Shown: positions 1 to 7,776, counted from the first letter of the stretch. The stretch: DNA of 24,000 nt from Rahnella laticis (GCF_015644585.1 NZ_JADOBI010000015.1:101751-125750), one strand, 5' to 3'. The notes: generated by a model from the sequence alone, not told the origin. Numbers and translations: made by a program.

Positions 1-253
1 TTTGATTCTGCTGTCTGACGTCAGCGGCATTCTCGATGGCAAAGGCCAGCGCATTCCGGAAATGAGTGCGGAGAAAGCTGAACATCTGATTGAGCAGGGC
101 ATTATTACTGACGGTATGATCGTCAAAGTTCATGCGGCGCTCGACGCCGCACGTTCTCTCGGGCGCCCGGTGGATATCGCCAGCTGGCGTCACGCCGAGC
201 AGTTACCGGCACTCTTTAACGGCGTCGCGATCGGCACACGTATTCTGGCGTAG
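1..253 (+). CDS. argB: acetylglutamate kinase, C-terminal fragment (5' end outside window)
   Basis: The ORF runs off the left edge. The tail ...[51 protein letters not shown] is nearly identical to the E. coli ArgB C-terminus as I recall it. TAG at 251-253, and argH follows as in argCBH operons. Confidence 0.93.
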   Translation, partial: LILLSDVSGILDGKGQRIPEMSAEKAEHLIEQGIITDGMIVKVHAALDAARSLGRPVDIASWRHAEQLPALFNGVAIGTRILA

Positions 254-355
254 TTTGCCCTTCGGCAGATTTAAGGTCTGGCGCATTTGGTACACACTTT
301 TGTCAGAGCGCAGCAGTTTGCGCCCTTTTGCATAAAAAAATTCAGGAGCAGGAAA

Positions 356-1732
356 ATGGCACTTTGGGGCGGACGTTTTACTCAGGCAGCAGATCAGCGG
401 TTTAAAGAACTCAATGACTCACTGCGTTTCGACTACCGGCTGGCAGAGCAGGATATTGTGGGCTCCGTCGCCTGGTCCAAAGCGCTGGTGACCGTGAATG
501 TGTTAACCGCTGATGAGCAAGTTCAGCTCGAAGAAGCGCTGAACATTCTGCTGGAAGAAGTCCGTGCCAATCCGCGCGCTATTTTAGCCAGCGACGCAGA
601 AGATATTCACAGCTGGGTTGAAGGCAAGTTGATCGACAAAGTCGGCAATCTGGGCAAGAAACTGCACACCGGCCGCAGCCGTAACGATCAGGTCGCAACT
701 GACATCAAATTGTGGTGTAAAGCGCAGGTGGTTGAACTGGGCGACGCGCTGCATCATCTGCAACAGGCGCTGGTCGCCACTGCCGAAGCTAATCAGGATG
801 CCGTGATGCCGGGCTATACGCACCTGCAACGCGCGCAGCCGGTGACGTTTGCGCACTGGTGTATGGCGTATGTGGAAATGCTGGCGCGTGATGAAAGCCG
901 TCTGAAAGATACCCTGACCCGTCTGGACGTCAGCCCGCTGGGTTGTGGCGCACTGGCCGGTACTGCGTATCCGATGGATCGCGAGCAACTGGCTGGCTGG
1001 TTAGGTTTTGCTTCGGCAACCCGTAACAGCCTCGACAGCGTTTCCGACCGCGACCACGTGCTGGAGCTGCTGTCCAATGCCGCCATCAGCATGGTTCACC
1101 TTTCCCGTTTCGCCGAAGATCTGATTTTCTTCAACACCGGCGAAGCGGCGTTTATTGATTTGTCCGACCGCGTGACTTCCGGTTCTTCCCTGATGCCACA
1201 AAAGAAAAACCCGGATGCGCTGGAACTGATCCGCGGTAAATGTGGCCGTGTTCAGGGCGCGCTGACCGGCATGATGATGACCATGAAAGGTCTGCCGCTG
1301 GCGTACAACAAAGACATGCAGGAAGACAAAGAAGGGCTGTTCGACGCGCTCGACACCTGGATGGATTGCCTGAACATGGCGTCGCTGGTGCTGGATGGCA
1401 TTCAGGTGAAACGCCCGCGTGCCAAAGAAGCCGCGCAGCAGGGGTACGCGAACTCCACCGAACTGGCGGATTATCTGGTTGCCAAAGGTGTGCCGTTCCG
1501 CGAAGCACACCACATTGTCGGTGAAGCCGTGGTCGAAGCCATCAGACAAGGTAAAGCGCTGGAAGCCTTAACGCTGGCTGACTTGCAGAAATTCAGCAGC
1601 GTGATCGGCGACGACGTTTATCCGATCCTTGAGCTGCAATCCTGCCTCGACAAACGTGCAGCCAAAGGCGGTGTTTCTCCGCAACAAGTCGCACAGGCCA
1701 TCGCCGATGCGAAAGCGCGTTTAGGTTTTTAG
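356..1732 (+). CDS. argH: argininosuccinate lyase
   Basis: ATG at 356 is preceded by caggagcagg (SD). MALWGGRF... is the canonical ArgH N-terminus, and the fumarate-lyase signature [12 protein letters not shown] is present. The product is 458 aa versus 457 aa in E. coli. The track start at 287 is an upstream in-frame extension. Confidence 0.97.
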   Translation: MALWGGRFTQAADQRFKELNDSLRFDYRLAEQDIVGSVAWSKALVTVNVLTADEQVQLEEALNILLEEVRANPRAILASDAEDIHSWVEGKLIDKVGNLGKKLHTGRSRNDQVATDIKLWCKAQVVELGDALHHLQQALVATAEANQDAVMPGYTHLQRAQPVTFAHWCMAYVEMLARDESRLKDTLTRLDVSPLGCGALAGTAYPMDREQLAGWLGFASATRNSLDSVSDRDHVLELLSNAAISMVHLSRFAEDLIFFNTGEAAFIDLSDRVTSGSSLMPQKKNPDALELIRGKCGRVQGALTGMMMTMKGLPLAYNKDMQEDKEGLFDALDTWMDCLNMASLVLDGIQVKRPRAKEAAQQGYANSTELADYLVAKGVPFREAHHIVGEAVVEAIRQGKALEALTLADLQKFSSVIGDDVYPILELQSCLDKRAAKGGVSPQQVAQAIADAKARLGF

Positions 1733-1764
1733 TTTTTCGATGTTTACAATCTTCTAACGATATT

Positions 1765-1792
1765 AATAAACCAGCACCTGTGCTGGTTTATT
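1765..1792. terminator. Rho-independent terminator, probably bidirectional (argH and the convergent rhs-immunity unit)
   Basis: Perfect 12-bp stem aataaaccagca / tgctggtttatt with loop cctg. A/T-rich runs flank both sides. It sits between convergent gene ends at 1732 and 1850. Confidence 0.75.
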
Positions 1793-1849
1793 AATTTTGA
1801 AAGGACTTTTGTATAATAATTAACAATGGTGTCATTTTTTATAAGCGTG

Positions 1850-2284
1850 TTATTTTTTCATGACGGGCTGTATAAATCCCCCTGAATCAACCAAGAAGCT
1901 AAATAACTCAAATTTGTTGTTTGTTTTGTTTTTTTTATAAGCAAATTCTTCGGCCAAAATATATTTTTTGTACTCGGAAATATAAGTTATTTTAATCAAG
2001 GAATTGTCCTTCTCTAGACTGTATAGGACTCTTGATTTTTCATATGGCCCTAACATTTTCTTCTTTTCCTTCATGAGGATGATAAAGTTCCCTTCAGGCA
2101 TTGCATTTTTGAAATCATTTGACGTCTCTGCATACATTTCCTTTAGGTTATTATCATTGTACTCTGCTTGAAACGTTTTTATTTCAAGTTGTACTTCTTG
2201 CATGTTTTTACTATCACAGGCTGCGATTGTAAAAATCATGACGATCAATATAAAGTATTTGATACAGCTATTATAAATTATCAT
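1850..2284 (-). CDS. small lipoprotein, candidate cognate immunity protein for the Rhs C-terminal toxin
   Basis: ATG at 2284 has AGGA 8-11 nt upstream and lies 7 nt after the rhs stop. The track's GTG at 2305 is an alternative start that would overlap rhs. The N-terminus MIIYNSCIKYFILIVMIFTIAAC has one Lys, a hydrophobic core and lipobox I-A-A-C, with Asp at +2. The gene is very AT-rich (roughly one third G+C by eye) compared with its neighbours. Its position directly 3' of an rhs tip is the usual immunity-gene position. Confidence 0.7.
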   Translation of the reverse strand: MIIYNSCIKYFILIVMIFTIAACDSKNMQEVQLEIKTFQAEYNDNNLKEMYAETSNDFKNAMPEGNFIILMKEKKKMLGPYEKSRVLYSLEKDNSLIKITYISEYKKYILAEEFAYKKNKTNNKFELFSFLVDSGGFIQPVMKK

Positions 2285-2291
2285 GACTATC

Positions 2292-5200
2292 CTAGTCGAA
2301 AGCACATTTAGTTGATTGGTGGCAGGTGATTTTCCCTACAAATGCACCGGCACCTGGCCCTGCTCCAAGCGAGCCAGATTTGTTCCCTGCACTATCTTTC
2401 ATTGCTGTTATCCCAAATTTACCCAACCAGCCTCCGGCACCTCCCCAACCCTCGAGATCGCTTTCTCCGGAAGATACGCTTCCTCCTGATATAGTTCCTG
2501 TAAATGCGCCTCCGGCCGCAATTCCAATTCCTTCATGTTCGCAAAGTGAACGATAGGTACATAGATCCACGCCGATTGGAGACCCTACATTTGTTCCAGC
2601 AGCTAAGCCATATGAATCGTTCCCACCCATAAAGAAATCAAGTGCGTATGACAAATCTACAGAGATAGAACCAGACATTGGTGCATAGTAAGGTCCGGAT
2701 ATCGCTAATAGCGCACCTTCACGATCACTTTCTGACAAATAACGACCAGCTGATTCTGCCGCCTGACCAGTTTGCGATATACCAATTCCAAAGCCTTTTA
2801 GTCCCAAGGCATCGATGTATTGAACAGGATTATTAATGTATATGTATCTATTCCACCCCCCTCTCAACCCAATCGGATCCTGCGTAATATACCGTCCCTG
2901 CGCCGGGTCATAATAACGGTGGCGGTTGTAATGCAGCCCCGATTCCTCGTCGTAATGCTGGCCCTGCATTCTTATGGGCTGGCGCAGTTTGTACGGGTTG
3001 AAAATATCTACCGCGTTGCCCCAGACGTCTAAAATCGCGTCCCATTCCACCTTGCCGGTTTTGTGATTAATCAGCGCCACCGGCGTGCCGAGGTGGTCGC
3101 AGTGGTACAGGTGCAGTTTGAGTTCACCGGCTTCCGGCAGCGGTTCGAGCCATGGCGCGAGATTTTCGGTTTTCAGGCCCACGGAGGCCAGCCACTGCAG
3201 GTGCGCGTCGCTGACGTCGTTCCGGCGGATTTCCTTTTCGATATCATTAAAGCGCTGATGGATGTCGCCGGGGAACGGGCTGCCGGCGTCTTCCTCGAGC
3301 TTTTCCGCCAGCGTGCGGTGGCTGTCTTCCATCCGGGCGTGCTCCGCGCGCAGCAGCGGGACGAAGCTGCCCGGGTGATAAATGGTGTGCAGCTGGGTGT
3401 CGCGGTTCTCGGTCAGCACCAGCCTGTCGCCGTCCCAGCCGAACCAGGTATTCTGCGTTTGTACTTCGCCGGATTGCGGGTTTATCTGGCTGACGTGTTT
3501 GCCCACCCGCCGCCCGAGCGGGTCGTAGATGTAACGTGCCCGCATCAGCGTCTGTCCGTCCTCTTCCGTTGTCAGGCGCGTCAGTCGGTGCGCCTGGTCA
3601 TAGGCCAAATGGCTGATGGCCCCGCCGTTCTGCGGGGTGTGCATCCGGCCCGCGTGGAACGGATGCTTTTCGGTCAGGTTGCCGAATTTATCGTATTCAT
3701 AAAGGTAACATTCATCGCGCTGTACGCGGTTGTGGTACCAGACCGGCCGTGCGTCTTCCGGCGGCACGTTCAGGTCATGGTGCGTGACGCTGCGGTTGCC
3801 GGCGGGGTCGGTCAGGGTGGCGAGAAAGCCGTCGGGGGAGCTGACGCTTTGAAGCCGTCCGGCCGGCGTATAAGCATAGTGATGGTCGCCAAGGCCGGTG
3901 GTCATCTTCGTCATCTGCCCGGCGGTATTGTAATGATAATCGCGCATCAGGTTCGGGTGGCCGACGTCGGGCGTCTTCTGGCCGGCGAGCTGTCCGGTCA
4001 GGGAGTAGGCGTTTTCGCTCTGCCAGTTATCGCTGAACCGGCGGGTGGTTTCGCGGTGCAGCCTGTCGCGGCTGAGTTCGAGCACCACGTCGTGCCCGAG
4101 CTTCACGCCCAGCAGGTGGCCGGGGCCGTAGGTCTGCCAGTGGATTTCCGGCAGGCCGTCGTAGCGGGCCGAGACCTCGAACCCGCGCGGGTCGAACTGG
4201 TGGCGGACGGTGTGCTGCCACAGCAAATCGCCGTGCGCGTTGCGGATAATCTGCCGCTCGCCGGTCAGGCTATCGTTGTCGTCGTACTGGAAGCGCACGG
4301 TGACCAGATGGGTTTCGCTGCGGTGGGCGGTTTCGTTGACGCGCCCGGCGGCGTCGTACTGCCACAGCACCTCGTCCGGACCATCGTCCGTGTCCGGGCG
4401 CTGCTGGCGGATAAGCTGGCCGTCTTCATCGTAGTGCCAGTGCGTAATCAGCCCGGCGTCGTCGCTGCGGATAAGCCGTCCTGATAAGTCGTACAGATAG
4501 TTTTGCACGCGCCCGTCAAAGCCGGTTTCCTGTATCAGGCGGTCCATGACGTCGTAGGCAAAATGCGTTTCTGCGCCGTTTTCATTAACCAGCCGCACCA
4601 GTCTGCCCGCGCTGTCAAATCCGGTCTGCCGAGTGAGCCCGCCTTCGGTCTGCGAGGTCGGGTTGCCGCGCTCATCGTAAGTCTGCGTGGACTGCGTGCC
4701 GTCGGGGCGGGTGACGGTGATGACGTCGCCCGCGGCGTTGTATTCCTCGTGGGTTCTTGCCCCGCTGGCATCTTCGCGAACAATCCGTCTGCCGCGCGCG
4801 TCGTACGCAAAGCGGGTCTTCATCCCTTCTTCGTGCAGGATTTCCACCGGCTGGCCGTCGCGGTTATAGCGGTAAACTGTTTTGAAACCGGAACAGTCGG
4901 TAAAACTTTCCAGCAGCCCCGATGCGTTCCACTCCAGCGTTTGCCGTCCGCCTGCCGCGTCTTCGGTGGCGCAGGGCTGCGCACTCTTGTCGCCGGCGTA
5001 GTGGTAGCGGCGGGTCTGGTTCAGGGCGTCGGTCTCAGCCGTAAGGCGGCCTGAAGAATCGTAGTCTTTACGTATCTGACGTCCGTCGGGCGCGGTGGCC
5101 GTAATCAGCTGCCCGGCGCGGTTATAGCTGAACCGGCTGCGCTTTTCGCCGCCGGGGTGGACGATTTCGGTCAGGTCGCCGCTGGCCGGGTTGAGATGAA

Positions 5201-6473
5201 ACCCGGTGGTGCGCCCGGCGGTATCAGTCTGCGAGGTCAGCCCGCCGCGGCTGTCGAAGGTGCTTTGTACATAACTGCCGTCGGCGTTGTCGAGCCTGAC
5301 CACGCGCCGCAACCCTTTCTCGCCCTCAAAATGATACACGCGCAGCCGCCCGAGGCTGTCGGTGACGCGGGTCTGGTGCGTACTGTATTCAAACTGATAG
5401 TTCAGGCCGCCCGGGTTCACCTGCGAAACAACCCTGCCGGACGCGTCGTACACGTAGCGCGTGGCCGGACGTCCGGCGTAGCGGTGCGCGACCATCAGGC
5501 CGGTGCCGGCTGGTTCCGGATGCCAGTCAAACTGGCGGACAATTTCACCGGCGCGGTCGTACACGGTTTTCAGCTCGCCGCGCGGGGTGTAGTCATAGCG
5601 GGCCAGCGGTTTTGACGGCAAATCCGGAAACGCCGCATCCTTCGTCAGCCAGACGACGGAAAGCCGCACGCCACAGTCAGAACCCCAGGCTGTATTCAGA
5701 ACGGGTCTGAAATCCCGCAGCGTGACTAATTCAAGGCGGAAACGCCGCCCGCAGCTGTCGGTGACGCCGGTAATCTGCCCGGCGAACTCGCCTTCTTCAT
5801 CGCGGTGATAGTTAAGCTGATTGCCGAAACGGTCGGACAAACCCAAAAGCACACGCGACGATGGCAATGGCCGCGGCAGCACGTCTTCAGCGGTTGCGGG
5901 TAACTGCACGCAGCCCAAAATCCACCAGGGTCCGGTGGCGTCGTTGGCCACAAAATAATAGTGCGGGCTGTTGCGCAGAGCTTCCGGCAACGCCCGCCAG
6001 AGCGGACTGAGCGGATGGTTTTCAGGTTGTTTATCCACGCCGCCGCGCGCCAGCCAGAGTTTTTCGCTGTGGCTGAAGGCAATCTGGCCGGGCGGAAGCA
6101 GGTGGAAATGAATGCTGCGCCCGGCATTGTCGTTAAGGATAAGTTCGTCTGCACGGATTTGCAGGCGGATATCCGCCGCCGCCGACCAGCCCGGGCCGAA
6201 CATGCCGACCGGCGCGGGCGTGTCCGTTTTATAGCTGCTGTAAGAACGCGATAGCGCAAAGGGCAGCGGCGCGGGCAGCGCGATATCGGTCTCGCCGGGC
6301 AGAACTTTGGCGCCGAGGGACGGGTTCACGGGGCTGCCTTCCAGCACGCCGCCGGGGCAAACCGAGCAGGCGACGCCCGTAGGTGCGCCAATCATCACGC
6401 CGAGCGAGCCCTGAACAATCGGGCCGCCAATGGCGGTTTTATCGAACTGCCGGGCAGCGGGAAATCCGGTCAT
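2292..6473 (-). CDS. Rhs family polymorphic toxin (PAAR-like N-terminus, YD-repeat shell, variable C-terminal toxin tip)
   Basis: Intact 1393-aa ORF. The N-terminus MTGFPAARQFD..GGPIVQGS..IGAPTGVACSVCPGG..NP.LGAKVLPGETDIALP..LPF.LSRSYSSY closely parallels E. coli/Enterobacter RhsA-type N-termini as I recall them. Many YD repeats are present (YVYDASGRVV, YDSSGRLT, YNRDGQPV, YDARGRRI, YDERGNPT, YLYDLSGRLI, YDAAGRVN, YEYDKFGNLT, YIYDPLGRRV). The core ends RYYDPAQGRYITQDPIGL-x17-DALGL. The core is G+C-rich, as is classic for rhs. Confidence 0.96.
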   Translation of the reverse strand: MTGFPAARQFDKTAIGGPIVQGSLGVMIGAPTGVACSVCPGGVLEGSPVNPSLGAKVLPGETDIALPAPLPFALSRSYSSYKTDTPAPVGMFGPGWSAAADIRLQIRADELILNDNAGRSIHFHLLPPGQIAFSHSEKLWLARGGVDKQPENHPLSPLWRALPEALRNSPHYYFVANDATGPWWILGCVQLPATAEDVLPRPLPSSRVLLGLSDRFGNQLNYHRDEEGEFAGQITGVTDSCGRRFRLELVTLRDFRPVLNTAWGSDCGVRLSVVWLTKDAAFPDLPSKPLARYDYTPRGELKTVYDRAGEIVRQFDWHPEPAGTGLMVAHRYAGRPATRYVYDASGRVVSQVNPGGLNYQFEYSTHQTRVTDSLGRLRVYHFEGEKGLRRVVRLDNADGSYVQSTFDSRGGLTSQTDTAGRTTGFHLNPASGDLTEIVHPGGEKRSRFSYNRAGQLITATAPDGRQIRKDYDSSGRLTAETDALNQTRRYHYAGDKSAQPCATEDAAGGRQTLEWNASGLLESFTDCSGFKTVYRYNRDGQPVEILHEEGMKTRFAYDARGRRIVREDASGARTHEEYNAAGDVITVTRPDGTQSTQTYDERGNPTSQTEGGLTRQTGFDSAGRLVRLVNENGAETHFAYDVMDRLIQETGFDGRVQNYLYDLSGRLIRSDDAGLITHWHYDEDGQLIRQQRPDTDDGPDEVLWQYDAAGRVNETAHRSETHLVTVRFQYDDNDSLTGERQIIRNAHGDLLWQHTVRHQFDPRGFEVSARYDGLPEIHWQTYGPGHLLGVKLGHDVVLELSRDRLHRETTRRFSDNWQSENAYSLTGQLAGQKTPDVGHPNLMRDYHYNTAGQMTKMTTGLGDHHYAYTPAGRLQSVSSPDGFLATLTDPAGNRSVTHHDLNVPPEDARPVWYHNRVQRDECYLYEYDKFGNLTEKHPFHAGRMHTPQNGGAISHLAYDQAHRLTRLTTEEDGQTLMRARYIYDPLGRRVGKHVSQINPQSGEVQTQNTWFGWDGDRLVLTENRDTQLHTIYHPGSFVPLLRAEHARMEDSHRTLAEKLEEDAGSPFPGDIHQRFNDIEKEIRRNDVSDAHLQWLASVGLKTENLAPWLEPLPEAGELKLHLYHCDHLGTPVALINHKTGKVEWDAILDVWGNAVDIFNPYKLRQPIRMQGQHYDEESGLHYNRHRYYDPAQGRYITQDPIGLRGGWNRYIYINNPVQYIDALGLKGFGIGISQTGQAAESAGRYLSESDREGALLAISGPYYAPMSGSISVDLSYALDFFMGGNDSYGLAAGTNVGSPIGVDLCTYRSLCEHEGIGIAAGGAFTGTISGGSVSSGESDLEGWGGAGGWLGKFGITAMKDSAGNKSGSLGAGPGAGAFVGKITCHQSTKCAFD
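2295..2798 (-). other. Rhs C-terminal tip (residues 1226-1393): glycine-zipper-rich domain of unassigned family, predicted released toxin
   Basis: This is the sequence after the DALGL motif (Leu codon 2799-2801). By my count 36 of 168 residues are Gly. Tandem GxxxG runs are present, along with two C-x5-C pairs. Nucleotide composition shifts away from the G+C-rich core. Confidence 0.7.
6339..6473 (-). other. PAAR-like N-terminal motif region of the Rhs protein
   Basis: A literal PAAR tetrapeptide occurs at residues 5-8, followed by GGPIVQGS..V.IG and CSVCPGG. This is the short PAAR-like head seen on enterobacterial RhsA-type proteins. The domain boundary is approximate. Confidence 0.5.
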
Positions 6474-6652
6474 GGGTAAAGTCCTTTTGGGTAAAGCGTC
6501 CGTGGAATGATTGATTTGAAGGTGGGGTATCTATTGTTTTATTCATCAGATAAATACAACAAAATCAAAATGATGACAGAAGCTAGACCTTAAAAGGAGT
6601 GCGCGTTGTGAGGAGGTTCACAGGTATGAGGAATGCAGAATAAGTGAAGGGG

Positions 6653-6674
6653 AAAAGGCGGGCAGGCGTCCGCC
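6653..6674 (-). terminator. weak candidate Rho-independent terminator after the M24 peptidase gene
   Basis: The minus strand reads GGCGG-acgcctgc-CCGCC followed by TTTT, about 17 nt after the peptidase stop. The stem is only 5 bp and alternative pairings exist, so this is modest evidence. Confidence 0.35.
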
Positions 6675-6690
6675 TGAAATTAATCTGGAG

Positions 6691-7776
6691 TCAAAAATAT
6701 TTAATCAACTCACTCATCTCCTCCCAGTCCCGCGGGCTTTTCGTCAGCACTTCGCTGCCGCTTTCTGTTACCAGAACATCATCCTCAATTCTCACACCGC
6801 CCAGACCCGGAACATAAATGCCCGGTTCGATGGTGATCACCATGCCTGGTTCCAGCGGTTGCGTATTTTGCGGGCTGAGCGCGGGGGCTTCGTGGACATC
6901 CAGACCTAATCCATGCCCCAGATTGTGGCTGAAGTACTCGCCAAATCCGGCCGCAGAAATAATATCGCGCGCCACGGCATCAAGTTCCTGACAACGAATT
7001 CCCGGCCTGACGGCGTCGCGTGCGGACTGCTGAGCCAGAAGTACCGTGTCGTATAACGTTTTCAGTTCTGAACTGACGCTGCCCAGTGCGAACGTCCGTG
7101 TCATATCGGAACAGTAATGCTGAAAGACCGCGCCAAAATCAATTGTCACTAATTCACCCGCCGCGAGTTTTTTATCCGTCGGGCGCCCGTGTGGCAACGC
7201 GCCGCGCAGGCCGGAGACCACCACGGTATCAAACGATGTTTTGCTGCCACCGGCCTGACGGACCGCCATTTCTATATGATCCGCCAGCGCTTTCTCGCTG
7301 ATACCTGGCCGGATCAGCGGCTTTATAGCCTGCAAGGCGCGATCGGCAATCGCCGCCGCTTCACGGATTTTCGCGATTTCATCGGCATATTTATGCACAC
7401 GCAGAACCGATGCGTCCCAGTGTTGCAGCGGCGCGTTGCACTGGTTTTCCAGCGTTTTCCAGGCCAGATGAGACAGCGCGCTGGCATCGGCAAACAGCGT
7501 TTCATCACCGGAAATATGCTGCGCAAGAACCTCTGCCAGCGGAAGTTTTGCGGTGAGCGTGACGACTTCTGTGTTGGGATTGTTCTGCCGGCATTCCGCG
7601 CTGTAGCGGCCATCGACCAGTATCAGCAGATGGTCTGCGGTAACCAGCACGTAGCCGGACGCGCTGTAGAGATCAGCCAGCGAATATTTGCTGAATCTGT
7701 CTGTGAGTAAAACGGCGGACATGCGATGTTCTGCCATGTGCTGGCGCAGGACATTAAGGCGTTGCTGACGGCTCAT
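6691..7776 (-). CDS. M24B family Xaa-Pro aminopeptidase/dipeptidase (E. coli YpdF-like)
   Basis: 361 aa, the same length as E. coli YpdF. It has a creatinase-like N-domain plus an M24 pita-bread core with metal-ligand motifs DFGA..YCSDMTRT, HNLGHGLGLDVHE and IEPGIY.PG.GGVRIED. ATG at 7776 is preceded by GGGAGG. Confidence 0.9.
   Translation of the reverse strand: MSRQQRLNVLRQHMAEHRMSAVLLTDRFSKYSLADLYSASGYVLVTADHLLILVDGRYSAECRQNNPNTEVVTLTAKLPLAEVLAQHISGDETLFADASALSHLAWKTLENQCNAPLQHWDASVLRVHKYADEIAKIREAAAIADRALQAIKPLIRPGISEKALADHIEMAVRQAGGSKTSFDTVVVSGLRGALPHGRPTDKKLAAGELVTIDFGAVFQHYCSDMTRTFALGSVSSELKTLYDTVLLAQQSARDAVRPGIRCQELDAVARDIISAAGFGEYFSHNLGHGLGLDVHEAPALSPQNTQPLEPGMVITIEPGIYVPGLGGVRIEDDVLVTESGSEVLTKSPRDWEEMSELIKYF

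Noticed and set aside
308-329. Terminator-like hairpin GCGCA-gcagtt-TGCGC followed by CCTTTTG in the argB-argH spacer
   Set aside because: The 5-bp stem is weak and argH is expected to be co-transcribed with argB. At most it is a minor attenuator, which is not enough to call a feature.
287-355. Upstream in-frame extension of argH (track start at 287)
   Set aside because: The canonical MALWGGRF start at 356 has a good SD, and the extension has no counterpart in ArgH proteins.
1801-1810. 10-bp match AAAGGACTTT at 1801-1810, present as its reverse complement at 6478-6487, seeming to flank the rhs-immunity module like terminal inverted repeats
   Set aside because: It is only 10 bp, with roughly a few percent chance expectation for these spacers. 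The right copy is simply the rhs RBS region, and there is no transposase or target-site duplication.
3063-4484. 473-aa ORF on the plus strand inside the rhs gene, plus several other 60-180-aa ORFs in 2326-6259
   Set aside because: It is antisense to a strongly supported Rhs reading frame. The translation is Arg/Ala/Val/Gly-rich low-complexity sequence, typical of stop-poor frames in G+C-rich DNA. There is no recognisable motif or RBS.
2900-6200. Periodic similarity along the rhs core, which might be mistaken for a DNA repeat array or CRISPR
   Set aside because: The periodicity is the degenerate YD-repeat protein motif. There are no identical direct repeats with unique spacers at the nucleotide level.
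6626-6643. Five-codon plus-strand mini-ORF (MRNAE) with a strong GAGGAGG upstream in the rhs leader region
   Set aside because: It lies on the opposite strand to all neighbouring transcription and is too short to evaluate. It is most likely a chance occurrence.
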